DNA of 25,490 bases from Ginkgo biloba (taxonomy: Eukaryota > Plantae > Ginkgophyta). Both the position numbers and the translations under genes were made by a program. This document shows positions 24,896 through 25,490 of the stretch, piece by piece (position 1 is the stretch's first letter; the number at the start of each line of letters is the position of its first letter). Below the pieces are notes generated by a model. It ran no database searches. It was not told where the DNA came from and worked only from the letters and a program-made list of their open reading frames with translations. The DNA lies in assembly GCA_024626585.2 (NCBI GenBank), contig JANKJI020000002.1, positions 128,163,519-128,189,008 on the forward strand, read 5' to 3'.

Positions 24896-25490
24896 AATTG
24901 CATGCATCTCTAAAATACTTGATGCTTGAATAGGTGTTTGGGATTGTAACATATCTTCCTTCGAGTCATTGCCCTCAATGATTGATTTTGTCAATTAGCC
25001 AGTCAAACCAAGCAAATGTGGACGTAGGGAAGCAAAAATCTCAAGAAACTGGTGACCCTGCAATTAGTTGTAGCACCCTGAGGACAAGTTTGATTAATGA
25101 AAGGAGGAAAGTCTCAAGTAGTTGTCCATGGGCCATTTTGGTCAATGGAAAGAGGGAAGTCTTAAGCAACAATCCAAAGGCCCAATGTGGGGGTGCCTCT
25201 AATGAGAAGGTGGCAGGTGACAAAATCACATAGGTTGGTGCCTAGGAGTTAGGAAAGTCCTGGGTAAGTCAAACCAACCTATGGACGGATCTAGAACATC
25301 TAGACGATGATAAAAGGGAAGTTAAAACTTGGGCAAGTAACCTTTGGCTTTAGAGATCCATAATCTAATGGAATGTTGTTGATCATTATAAAAAGATGTG
25401 TTGAGGCTGATTTTCTACTCCAAAGGGAGGACAAAGTTGTTTCCTTAGAGGTGTCACCATTTAACACTCATTAATTGCACCATGATGCAT

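Noticed and set aside
24900-25490. Possible gag remnant (FAWFDWL...)
   Set aside because: The motif match is too weak to call.

Overview
Eukaryotic, AT-rich, CpG-depleted draft-assembly DNA with many N gaps (several exactly 100 N, probably placeholders). It looks like a large plant genome; gymnosperm-like is my inference. The only intact host coding sequence I can support is two minus-strand exons (20961-21086 and 20450-20565) that splice in frame and encode the N-terminal part of the CG-1 DNA-binding domain of a calmodulin-binding transcription activator (CAMTA), with some CAMTA4-type residues. Neither exon is captured by the ORF track. The next expected CG-1 exon was not found in the ~20 kb downstream (1-20449). 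That stretch is a patchwork of old, stop-riddled Ty3/gypsy remnants (gag, CCHC knuckle, protease, RT, RNase H, integrase, LTR ends, PBS/PPT), a long degraded accessory ORF region and several tandem repeats. It is most simply read as a very long TE-filled intron. I found no convincing evidence for a novel biological system; the findings are modest.
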